Origin: Azolla caroliniana
Taxonomy: Eukaryota > Plantae > Polypodiophyta
Assembly (NCBI GenBank): GCA_043228905.1
Contig: JBHGNT010000004.1
Coordinates: forward strand, 15,128,001 to 15,192,000
Length of the DNA stretch: 64,000 bases
Direction: 5' to 3'
Part shown: one piece after another, positions 1 through 11,373 of the stretch
How positions within the stretch are numbered: the stretch's first letter is position 1
Layout of the letters: each line of letters opens with the position of its first letter
The notes under the pieces: model-generated
The model's input: only the letters and a program-made list of their open reading frames with translations
Databases searched by the model: none
What the model was told of the DNA's origin: nothing
Position numbers and translations under genes: made by a program

Positions 1-1895
1 CTTAATCTACTGATTTTTCCTCAAATCTTCTAAGTGATCTTGTTGTGTGAGACTAGTCTAAGATCCTTGCATTTTCAACAAATGGTATAAGAGCAGGTTT
101 AGGTTACTTTTTCTATTGTATTCTTCCTACTAGGCATACACAGATTTTTCTTGTTATCTCTTTCCTTCCAAGAACATGTTGAACCTCTCTACCTACAACA
201 AAAAGTTTGAACAGCGGAAAACTGTAGCAGAGGTGATTTTTCTCTATTTTCACATTTTTCGAAAGTATATTTCGAGTTGATTCTTTTGACTACTTGCACA
301 CCCAAATCAGATTTTTGGTTCTGGAGATACAAACAAAACAAGTTTTGTAGTCTCACACCCTAATTGCACAGCAATTGCAGTGACCAGTTTTTACAACAAC
401 AAAACCTGTTTTCAGCACAACACAGTAACTCCTTTATTTCTTTTAGCCCATTGCGTATATGATTCTGTAATATTATATTGCTTTAGTACATTTTGGTGAA
501 CAAAACCCCAAGTACTTCAATATCTCATCCATGTTTCTTGTTGTAAATTATTTTTGCAATGGCTGAGCAAACTAATATTATTGGCATGCTTAATGCTGAA
601 GACAAGTTAGATGGTACTATCCTATGTGGTTGCAAAGCAGCTATGGGATGTTGTCATCGGATTTGATGAACGTCCAACTTCAAGAACAACTAACGCAAAA
701 AATGCTTCAAGCCCCATTCCTCAACAATCCACTTCTTCACAACTTAATTGGGATGGTAAGGATGCTCAAGCCCATGTTCTCATTGCATTGTTAGTCAAAT
801 GTCACATTGTTCCACATATCCGATCTTGTACCTGTAGAAAATGCAGGGATCTTCGACTAACTCTCACATAGCAAGATCACTTAGAAGCCTTAAAGAAATA
901 TCAATAGATTAGGAAAAATGAAACCTGATAACAAAGATGTAGAATGGTTTATATAACCAGTATCTATAGGTAGGTGGAAACCCAACGGTCACTTAATTAG
1001 GTTCACACTATTCTAACAATATTCACACCTAATAGTTACTTAACAAGGTTGATACTATTCTAAGTATGTTCACACTTAACAATTACTTAACTAGGTTCAC
1101 AGTATTATAACTATATTGACACCAAAGCTTTCATAGGATACACATTAAGTGTAACAAACCCCCTTGAAATGAATGGGGTGAACTTGAATGTTGTCACTAT
1201 CCAAGAGTTGGAAGAATGCCCACTTGTGAAAATATTCAAACTTTTCTCTTGATAGAGCTTTTCGTGAATATGTCTGCTACGTTTTCATGAATTGCACCTC
1301 AATGTGTTTTGTTCGTGCATGGAAGACAGGATTTCTTGCAATAACCAAGGCACTTCGACTATCTTTAAGTATACAAGTAGGAGATGGTTGTTCAAGTGAC
1401 AAATCAGGCAATAATCTCCTGAGCCAAACACACTCTACTGTAGTGCTGAATGCTGCTCTATATGCAGCTTCACAACTTGATGTTGCCATTATTGGCTCCT
1501 TCTTGCTGAGCCAGGAAGCTAGGAAACATAGGAATTGCCGATCATGAAACAAGGCCACTATCTGAGACACGAGTGTCGTAGCAGGCAGCCCAATCACTAT
1601 TAGTGAAGGCTGTTAAAAGTAGATGAATTGCCTTCTCCATAGAAGAGGCTGAAATCCATAGTGCCTTTGAAGTAACGGAAAACTCGCTTGGCTGCTTGCC
1701 AATGCTTTATTCTAGGGCTATGCATAAACCTGCTTAATTACGAAACAACATATTGAATGTTAGGTCGCGTGTTGCACAAAATAATCAAAGAACCTACAAC
1801 TTGCTGGTATAAGGGTACATCAATTGGTTCTCCTTTGTTTTGATATAAGAACTTGAATCCTGCTTCTACTAGAGTGGAGAATGAAAGGGTCAGAA

Positions 1896-2610
1896 ATTGT
1901 CAATAGGGCTGAGGAACACTCAAGGCTTTGGGTGTAGCAGTAGAGCGATGGTTGAAAAGATACCTATGCTTGGTTGCGATAGCCAGAGTGCCATCAGTTT
2001 GGCAAAGAATGCTATGTTTCATGCACGCACAAAACGTAGTGATGTGCGATATCACTTCATTCGAGAAGTGCTTGAGGATGGCTTTATCACATTGATAAAG
2101 GTCCACACATCACAGAACCCTGTAGATGTACTCACCAAGTGCTTATCCAAAGCACATCAGATATGTATATAGATGGTGGGAGTTACGTAGCTTAAAGGCG
2201 TCATTTATGCCTTGTGGGAGGTTGTTGGGGTAAAGGCCCTAAATGACCTCTTATAGTGTGTAAATGTGTATAGGCCTATTTATAAAGGCCAAGAGTCACT
2301 AATCACTTTTTCGTTATTTTTGGGCCAAGTTTAATGTGAACTTGGCCAACTCTAAATGGGTCATATAAAACATAAGTTAAAAACTTTTGGATCTCACTTC
2401 AAAGGTGAGCTCCTCCAACTACTGCTCTTTCTCTATCTTTTTTGCCATTGCTCCACTATTGCATCTAAAGAGCCGATACTAGGGCGAATCTTGAGTATTT
2501 CTCAGCCCCATTGACATAATTCCTAACCCTTATGGAGAATGGCTTGCAGTCCTCAAACTTGAATCGTTGTAAGAGCTTCTTAGTTTACTTTTGTTGATTA
2601 AAAAAAAGTA
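1896..2610 (+). mobile_element. 3' fragment of a different copia element (RNase H end, PPT, LTR) inside B
   Basis: ORF 1897-2172 contains CDSQSAISLAKNAMFHARTK...RYHFIRE. Purine tract GTGGGAGG precedes TGTTGGGG at 2223. Right boundary is approximate. Confidence 0.7.
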
Positions 2611-4070
2611 CAATGTAGAACGCTTTTCTGAAATCCACAACACGAGCTCAATGAAAATATCAACCAAATCTTCCAATGCTCATTTTCATTCTTGGAGTAC
2701 ACAATTATGTCAGCAAAGCATATGTCACAAAGTCTTTATATGGATAGAAAACCTGAAGAGGAAATGTGAGTTTGCTATCCATAAGGGTGTTTATCAGCCT
2801 TAGGGACTGTTCCTGCTTGCTTAGAAGAGGCTTGTTTCTTCTTCCAATTCAACGTAAACATCATGTTGGTTATTGACTTGTAAATCAACATCATTATCAA
2901 CAATGATTGGTTGCTCATTTTAAACCACATTTAGTTGTTATAAGAGATCAATTTGAGCATTGTTTGGCTGCGCTATATGTTTGTTTGGAGCATGCTGTTG
3001 CTGATGCAAGACATGCACATTACCTTCATGAGGTTGGTTTAATTGATCACCTTCAAACACATGTTGAGCAATATGTGTTTCTACCTTTGTACATGTTGAG
3101 GTGGTAACTTTAAGACCATATTGTTTTCTCTTCTTTTCACTAGCATTCCTTTTTCAACATTCACTAATGTCGTGACTTGGTTTACGACAATAATTGCACC
3201 TTTTCTTCTTCTTCTCATCATGGAAAGTCGAGGCATCATTGCCTTTAGAAGGAAGGTTATTTTGTTTTCGTCCTTTGTTGGTCTTTGAAGTTAGAAAAGG
3301 TAACAAAAGCTTGATCACCACTATTAAGAACATCTTCATTTGCTCAAGACCGAGTTTCTTGTAAGCTAAAGGGAGATTAGCTCATAAAAAATGAAGCTCT
3401 CTTTACCTCTTATAAAAAGCTTTATTGTAGTGGCAAAACCTTGATATGAATCTGGAAATACGACAAGAACTTTAGAAACTAATCGCTTGTTTGAAATCGC
3501 TCATCAATGTTGAGTAGTCGTTCCGTGAAGTTCTTGATCTTTGTCAAGAATTCGTCCATGGATTCACCTTCTTGCGTCCTTTTCTCTTCAAGTTGCTGCT
3601 TAAGCATAACAACGCTTGCTTCATTCCTTTGAACATATAGGTTCTTTAACACATCCCAAACACTTTTTGAGGTCGTGCAAGATCGGATATGTGGAACAAT
3701 GTGACGCATGACTGATAATGCAATGAGAGCATGAGCTTGAGCATCCTTACCATCTCACTTAAGTTGTAAAGAAGTGGATTGCTAAGTGGAACTTGAAGCA
3801 TTATTTGCGTCAGTTGTTCCTGAGTGGGTGGCAGAGTTTGGGGAAGAACTTGAAGTTGGATGTTCATAAGATCATAAGATCCGATGACAATGTCCTAGAA
3901 CTTGAAGCTGGATGTTCATAAGATCATAAGATCCGATGACAATGTCCTATAGATGCTTTGCAACCAATACATGTCTCATCATGCACGCCCACATAGGATA
4001 GTTAGTACCATCCAACTTGTCTTCCGCATTAAGCATACCAAAATATTAGTTTGCCTAGCCATGTGCTGTG

Positions 4071-7000
4071 TGTTGGGAATAAATGGCCATCGTGCCTTTT
4101 ATTAGTGCATGAGTGTGAACGCACTCGTAGCACACTTTTGACTTGTATATACATAATATCTAAAAACCAAAAAAGAGGTACACTCTTTGTACCCAAGACA
4201 ACGTGCATCTCTCTCTCTCTCTCCCTTTGTCTCTCACTTAGACTCTCTCCCTCTTTGTTTTTGACCTAAACTCTAATCCTTGTGCTGCCTTCAAACTGGT
4301 ATCAGAGTTGGGTTTAGGGTTTTCTGCAGAGCGTTAAGGGTTTTTTGTAGAGCAGGGCAGAGCAAAGTTTAGGGTTTTTTGCAGAGCAGAGTTTAGGGTT
4401 TTCTACACAGTAGAGTTTAGGGTTTTCTGCAAAGTAGAGTTTAGGGTTTTCTGCAGAGTAGGTCACATTTTCTGCAGTGCAGGTTTGGTCCTCCGTTTGG
4501 GCTAAAAAATCATGACTAGCAACAGTGAAAGTAGCCACCTTATGCACATCAAGAAGCTTTAGGGTGCACATAACTTTGCGGTTTGGAAAAAGCAGTGCTA
4601 CAACATCCGGCTGCAGAAGAAACATGGAAAGCCTATTAAAGTCAAAGGGGTAAAGCCTACAGATACGAACGAAGATGATTGGCAAGAGTTGAACGAGCTT
4701 GCACGCTCGACTATTGAGTTGCCGATTTTTGATGCCTTGCTGTTTAATATTGAAGGTTTGGATTGTGCCTATTCTATATGGACTAGACTAGAGGAACTGT
4801 ATCCCAGAAGACGGCAACCAGCAAAGTTTATTGGCTTAAGAAACTTATGGATTTGCGCATGACAGAGGGTACATTCATGACAACTCACTGGTGTGAGTTC
4901 AATTCCATTTTCAGCCAGCTGGTTGCCTCGAAATTCATCATTGATGATAAGTTTAAGGCCACGTTTTTACTTTGCACCTTGCCAGAAAGTTTGGACGCTT
5001 TCAGGACTGCTATGAGCAATTCCAATGTGATACTTCTTTATGCCGATGTAGAGAGTTCTCTACTCATGGAAGAGATGAGTCGGCAAAACAATGCATCCAA
5101 TAAGTCCTCTAATGTTTTGCATATGAGGGGTAGGTCACAACAGAGAGGCAAATTTGATAGTTATGGCCGTAGTAAATCACGTGGTAAAGATGTAGAATGC
5201 CATCACTGTGGCAAAAAGGGTCACTTTAAACGTGATTGTTTCAAATGGAAGAAAGAGAAAGGAAAGGGCAAGAAGATAGTTGATTTCATAGAAGAAAAGA
5301 GAGACATTCAATCGAGGAAAGGCAATACTAAAATTGAAGAGGTGAATGTAGTCACTCATGATAGTGATAGTGGAAATGATGCACTCTTTGTTTCATCATG
5401 CCATAAAGAACATGCTTTACTTGCAGATACGGATGGTGACATGCACACTTGGATACTCGATTCCGGTGCTTCTTTTCACGTCACCCCACATCGTGAGTGG
5501 TGTTCAGATTACACAGGGGGTTGACATGGTGTTGTCCATCTTGGGGACAACTATACATGTGAAATTGTAGGTATTGGCACTGTGCAATTACAGTTTCAGC
5601 ATGGTTCTGCTTTCACACTTCAGCATGTACGGCATGTACCTCAGCTCAAGAAGAGCTTGATTAGCATAGGACAGCTAGATGATGATGGATTTCACACAAC
5701 CTTTGGTGATGGGAAATGGAAGATTTGTAAGGGATCTAGAGTTATTGCCAAGGGTAGTAAAAGTGATACTTTGTATCCTCTCCATGTATTTAGTGTGAGT
5801 GACCATGTCGTTGCCATAACCGAGCAGCCTAGTGTTTCTTTGTGGCATGGGCGGTTTAGACACATGAGTGAAACTGGTATGAAAGTATTGTCTCGTTTGG
5901 GTTACTTGCCATGTCTTCGTTATGCTGATTTTGAACATTGTGATCATTGCATTTATGGTAAACATGTACAAACATCTCATAAAAAGTCTCTTTCGCTGAA
6001 GTCGTCCCCGCTTGAGTTAGTACATTCAGATGTATGTCAGATGCCAGGGCTATCATTAGGGGGAAAGAAATACTTAGTCACTTTTGTCGATGATGCTACA
6101 CGGAAGGTATGGGTTTACCGTATTCGTAACAAGGATGAAGTACTCGACAAGTTTCGAACATTTTTGGCATTAGTTGAGAATCAAATTGATAACACACTTA
6201 AGTGTCTTCGCTCTGACAATGGTGGGGAATATGTGTCCAAGGCTTTTCAAGCATTTTGTGACAGCAAAGGGATAAAGAGGGAACTCACTACCCCTTATAA
6301 TCCACCCCAAAATGGAGTTGTAGAGCGTATGAATCAGACTATTCAAGATAAGGTCCGTACTATGCTGTCTCATGCTGCGTTACCCCAGGGTTTTTGGGCA
6401 GAGGCTGTTATGACAGCTGTTCACTTGATTCATCGGTCACCTAACAGGTCTTTGAGAGGGGGAATACCCCAAGAAGCGTGGTCGGGCAAGCCACCTTCAT
6501 ATGCTCACTTGAGAGTGTTTGGCTGTGAGGCTTTTGTGCACTTTCGTAAAGAAGAACGCAACAAACTTGAGCCAAAGTCCTGCAAATGTATTTTCCTAGG
6601 ATACGGTGACGAGGGTGAAATGTGGTATAGATTGTGGGATCCCGAGAAAAGAAAAATAGTACGCAGCAATGATGTTATCATCTGGGAAAATCGCATGCAT
6701 AAACAACCCGAAAAGACCGAGGAAGTACGGAGAGTTGTATTCTGAGAAGAAATACCTTTTAGACAGAAAAATGTGCCCGCTGTACAGCAGCAAACACCTG
6801 CTGTAAACTTACCTGCAAATGCAGAAAATGAGGTTGGAAATGATCAGCCAGCCTTTGCCAATAATGATGAGCCACCAAATGTGCAGGAACGGCTAGAACA
6901 GCAAGCTGTTAATGCTGATTTGCAGGCTGAAATGCCTGGACAGCAAGTTGAAAATGATGATTTGCAGGCTCAACAGCTACCAGACAATGAGCATTGGGTT

Positions 7001-8946
7001 AGGAGATCGTCTAGAGTTACTAGAAGGCCTGACAGATTTGTTTGTGATGCAAACAGTGTGGCTGATTATGTCATGGTAACTGATTGTGACGAACCGACTT
7101 GCTTCAAGGAAGCAATGGACAGACAGGACAATAAGAAATGGTATAAAGCCATGTTGTCAGAGATGGAAAATCTTGAGAAAAATGACACTTCGGATTTGGT
7201 GCAGTTGCCTAAAGCGCAGAAAACACTTCCATGCAAATGGGTTTATAAAATGAAGGTCATTTCTGATTCCTTGCCAAAGTACAAAGCAAGATTGGTTGCA
7301 AAAGGATAAAAGCAGGAATATGGAATTGATTTTGATGAGATCTTCTCGCCTGTAGTCAAGATGACTAATTAAGAATCATTTTGGGCTTAGTTGCAGTTGA
7401 AGATATGGAGCTCATACAGATGGATGTGAAGAACGCCTTTTTACATGGCGATCTGCATGAAGACATATATATGGAGCAGCTTGAAGGTTTTGTGGCTAAA
7501 GGCAAAGAGAAGATGGTTTGTAAGCTCAAAAGGAGTTTGTATGGGTTGAAACAAGCACCAAGAAAATGGTATCATACATTTGATGCATTTATGCAGTCTC
7601 AAGGTTTTCATAGAAGTCAAGTGGACCACTGCTTGTACACCAAGAAGGCAGGAGATGGCAGCCTGATTATCTTGGTTTTGTATGTTGAGGATATGTTGAT
7701 TGCTAGCAAGGATATTCATGCCTTGGATTCATTGAAGCAAAGCCTTCATGGCAGCTTTGATATGAAGGATCTTGGTGATGCAAAGCACATCCTTGGCATG
7801 CAGATACTCTGAAACCGGTCGAAAGGGGTACTCTTTCTATCTTAGAGGAGTATATCTCTAAGGTTTTGCAGCGTTTCAATATGGAGGGGGGGAAACAATT
7901 GGGGTTCCATTGCCTCCATATTTGAAACTCAGTGCAAAAGACAGCCCTACATCTGATGATGAGAAGGCTGAAATGGCTAAGGTTCCATATGCTTCAGCCG
8001 TTGGCAGTTTGATATATGCGATGGTTGCCACATGCCCTGATATTGCCTTTGCAGTGAGAGTGGTTAGTAGGTACATGGCAAATCCCGGCAAAAAGCATTG
8101 GGAAGCGGTGAAAGGTATTATGAGATACCTCAAAGGCACAAAGGACTTGGGCATTTGCTTTGGAAAGTAAAAGGCATCTGTCGTTGGTTTTACGGATGCG
8201 GACTATGCTGGTCATGCAGACTGCAGGAAGTCTACATCTGGGTATGTGTTTACTTTCACAGGAGGAGTGTTCTCTTGGATCTCCAGACTACAAAAGTGTG
8301 TTGCATTGTCTACTACAGGGGCAGAGTATGTTGCTGCCACTGAGGCACGCAAAGAGGCTTTATGGCTTTCATATCTAGTGAGAGATCTTGGCATTACAGA
8401 GTTACCTATTCTTTATTGTGACAGCCAGAGTGCTATCATGCTAGCTCGGAATCCCATCTTTCATGCAAAGACGAAGCACATACAGGTGAAGTATCACTTC
8501 ATCAGAGATGTACTTGACAGCAAGAACATTGAGCTTGTCAAAGTACATACAAATAATAATCCTGCAGATCTTCTCACGAAGGGTCTTCCAGCTGAGCGAT
8601 TTGCTCATTGCCGATAGATGATGGGAGTTGGATAGATGTATGTAGTTCAGCTTTGTACATACTTGGACTTAGCTGACTTTTTTTTTTTTCCTTCTCACAG
8701 CACATTGCCTTTAGGTGGGAGTTTGTTGGGAATAAAGGGCCATCGTGCCTTTTATTAGTGCACGAGTGTGAATGCACTCGTAGCACACTTTTGACTTGTA
8801 TATACATAATATCAAAAAACCAAAAAAGAGGTACAGTCTTTGTACCCGAGACAACGTGCATCTCTCTCTCTCTCTCCCTTTGTCTCACACTCAAACTCTC
8901 TCCCTCTCTGTTTTTGACCTAAACCCTAATACTCGTGCTGCCTTCA
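4071..8946 (+). mobile_element. Full-length decayed Ty1/copia element C
   Basis: LTRs 4071-4293 and 8724-8946 (223 bp, TG...CA). Perfect 5-bp TSD CTGTG (4066-4070, 8947-8951). PBS TGGTATCAGAG (tRNA-iMet) at 4297. PPT AGGTGGGAG at ~8713. Confidence 0.95.
4512..8635 (+). pseudogene. Element C gag-pol (gag, CCHC, protease, integrase, RT, RNase H) with stops and frameshifts
   Basis: Motifs CHHCGKKGHFKRDC, WILDSGAS, LVHSDVC...RSDNGGEY, QMDVKNAFLHG, LYVEDML and YCDSQSAI, spread over several broken ORFs. Confidence 0.92.
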
Positions 8947-9424
8947 CTGTGCTGAAAACTTATTTAGCTGTGGTAAAAACTGGTTGCTGTAGTTGTTGTG
9001 TAGTCAGGGTTTGAGATTGGTGCAAAACTTGTTTTGATTGTATTTCCAAAACCAAAAATCTGGGTTTGGGCGTGCAAGTAGTCAAAAGAATCAGCTCGAA
9101 ATCTACTTTTTGAAAATGTGTAATGTAGGGAAAAATCGCTTGTGTTGCAACTATTTGCTGTTCAAACTTTCGTTGCTGTAGATGGAGATGTTCAACGTCA
9201 TCTTAGATGGGAAGGGATAAAAAAAAGATCTTTGTATGCCTATTAGGAAGAATAGGATAGAGAAAGTAACCTAAACTTGCTTTTATACCATTTGTAGAAA
9301 ATGCAGGGATCTTAGTCTAACTCTCACACAACAAGATCACTTAGAAGACTTGACGAAATATCAATAGATTTGGAAAAACGAACCTTGGTTACAAAGATGT
9401 AGAATGGTTTATATAACCAGTATC

Positions 9425-10623
9425 CATAGAACGTAATAATCGTGTTCGTGCAAGCATTCCAACGTTTGGGAACGAACACGTTTGAAATGGGAAAAATACG
9501 TGTTCCTTTTTTTTACTTTTTTTTCATTTATTGTCATTACAATTTAGCTCACCCTAGTGGTAAGGAGTCATGCTATTGCTGTCTATGTCTTGGGTTCGAT
9601 TCCCAATTTTCTCATCTCTTTCTCTCTCTCTCTCTCTCATTATTACCATGTCATAGCAAAATTTTATGTTAGTGTTATAATACTTTTTTTCTTTTATTTC
9701 TTTATTATTACAACTAAGCACAACCTAGTGGTAAGTTGTTGTGCTACTATTATTTGTGTTTTGGGTTCAATTCCTAACTTACTCATATCCTCTTGTGTCA
9801 TGGCAAAATTTTATGTTAGTGTCATGTTCCTTTTTCCTTCTTTCTTTGTTATTAGAAATTAGCTCACCCGAGTGGTAAGTTGTTATGCTACTACTGCCTA
9901 TGTCATGGCAAAATTTTATGTTAGTGTCATGTTCCTTTTTCTTTCTTTCTTTGTTATTAGAAATTAGGTCACCCTAGTGGTAAGTTGTTATGCTACGACT
10001 GCCTATGTCATGTTTTCTTCATATTCTCGAATATACGTTTTATGAGTTTTTGATCGTTTCTTTTTTTCGTTCTTTGTTATTAGAAATTAGGTCACCCTAG
10101 TGGTAAGTTGTTATGCTACTACTGCCTATGTCATGTTTTCTTCATATTCTCGAATATATGTTTTATGAGTTTTTGATCGTTTCTTTTTTTCTTTCTTTGT
10201 TATTAGAAATTAGGTCACCCTAGTGGTAAGTTGTTATGCTACTACTGCCTATGTCATGTTTTCTTCATATTCTCGAATATACGTTTTAGGAGTTTTTGAA
10301 CGTTTGATTATAATTTATAATGACATATTTTGATTCAATCTCTATAGTTATACTCATTTTTTTGTAAGTTCTAAAGTGAGGATGATAGAGATGTCTTGAT
10401 TCGCATCCCAAAAGTATGCATGTGATACAATGCAAATATTGCAACCATACTTATGTTGGTGGTTCACAATGGATTAGAGTACACTTATTAGGATTGAGAG
10501 TGAATCAATACATAATATAGACCCTAGTCAATCCAATCCAACTTTGAGATGATTTACCATACACGTTTGATTGAATCATTCTCGAATGCGAATGCACGTA
10601 TGATACGTATGGTTCATTCTATG
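9425..10623 (+). mobile_element. Non-autonomous hAT-superfamily DNA transposon (deletion derivative) inserted in the 5' LTR of B
   Basis: Perfect 8-bp TSD CCAGTATC (9417-9424, 10624-10631). Terminal inverted repeats CATAGAACG / CATTCTATG. BED zinc-finger remnant VIQCKYCNHTYVGGSQWIRVHLLG at 10422-10493. Confidence 0.88.
9545..10300 (+). repeat. Tandem array of ~6 related tRNA/SINE-like units (last three ~123 bp and near-identical)
   Basis: Recurring TAG(C/G)TCACCCTAGTGGTAAG at ~9545, 9715, 9860, 9965, 10088 and 10211. The first unit has B-box-like GGGTTCGATTCCC followed by (TC)n. Confidence 0.8.
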
Positions 10624-11373
10624 CCAGTATCTACAAGTAGGTGGAAACCCAACGGTCACATAGTTAGGGTCACGCTATTCTAACTATATTCACAACTAAC
10701 AATTACTTAACTAGGTTCATACTATTCTAAGTATGTTCACACCCAACAATTACTTAACTAGATTCACATGATTATAACTATATTCACACCAAAGCTTTCA
10801 TAGGATACACATTAAGTGTAACAATACCACCTCCAAAAGTGGTTGGGATGTGTTAAAGAACCTATATGCTCAAAGGAATAAAACAAGAGTTTCTATTATG
10901 AAGCAACAAATGGAAAAGACAAAGATGAAGGTGATTCCATGGATGCATTCTTGACAAAGATCAAAGCCGTTAAGGACCAATTATTCAACATTGATGAAAT
11001 GATTCCAGACCAATAGTTAGTTTCTAAAGTTTTTGCCGTGCGTCCGGATTCATATCAAGACTTTGTCACTACAATAAGGCTTTACAAGAGGTAAAGAGAG
11101 CTTCATTTTTGATTAGCTAATCTCCCTTCTCTTATAGGAATCACAATCTTGAGCAAATTGAGCTGTTCTTAATAGTGGTGATCAAGATTTTGTTACCTCT
11201 TCCAACTTCAAATGCTGACAAGGATGAAAACAAAATAACCTTCCTTCTAAAGGCAATGATTCCTCGACATTCCATGATGAGAAGAAGAAGAAAAGGTGTA
11301 ATTGCTGTCGTAAACCAAGCTATGACATTAATGAATGTCGAAGAGGAAAGCTATGTTAGGTGTAAATGCCCGT

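Larger units (their letters stand above)
833..10823 (-). mobile_element. Ty1/copia element B (same family as A, opposite orientation), internally deleted, carrying nested insertions
   Basis: 3' LTR 833-1156 with adjacent PPT (AAGGGGGTT on minus). 5' LTR 9293-10823, split by a hAT. PBS 9279-9290. Flanking near-TSD GTACC (828-832) / ATACC (10824-10828). gag fragments at 3154-4062 (CNYCRKPSHDISEC). RT/RNase H fragments at ~1160-1890 (NPVFHARTKHIEV). Confidence 0.9.
1..11373 (+). mobile_element. Ty1/copia element A (5' part: LTR end, PBS, leader, decayed gag), interrupted at 832/10829 by element B
   Basis: LTR ends ...TTCAACA at 80. PBS TGGTATAAGAGC at 83-94. gag starts at ~559 (MAEQTNIIGMLNAEDKLDG...HIVPHIRSCT) and resumes in frame at 10829 (TSKSGWDVLKNLYAQRN). 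Zinc-knuckle remnant at ~11297-11340. Truncated by element D. Confidence 0.85.

Noticed and set aside
3847-3950. 52-bp tandem duplication in B gag
   Set aside because: Ordinary post-insertion decay with no sign of function.
9545-9610. Possible tRNA gene
   Set aside because: A/B-box-like motifs are present, but no convincing cloverleaf or anticodon arm; treated as tRNA-derived repeat.
9860-10300. Regularly spaced repeats resembling a CRISPR array
   Set aside because: The whole units are repeated with no unique spacers, there are no cas genes, and the context is a eukaryotic transposon.
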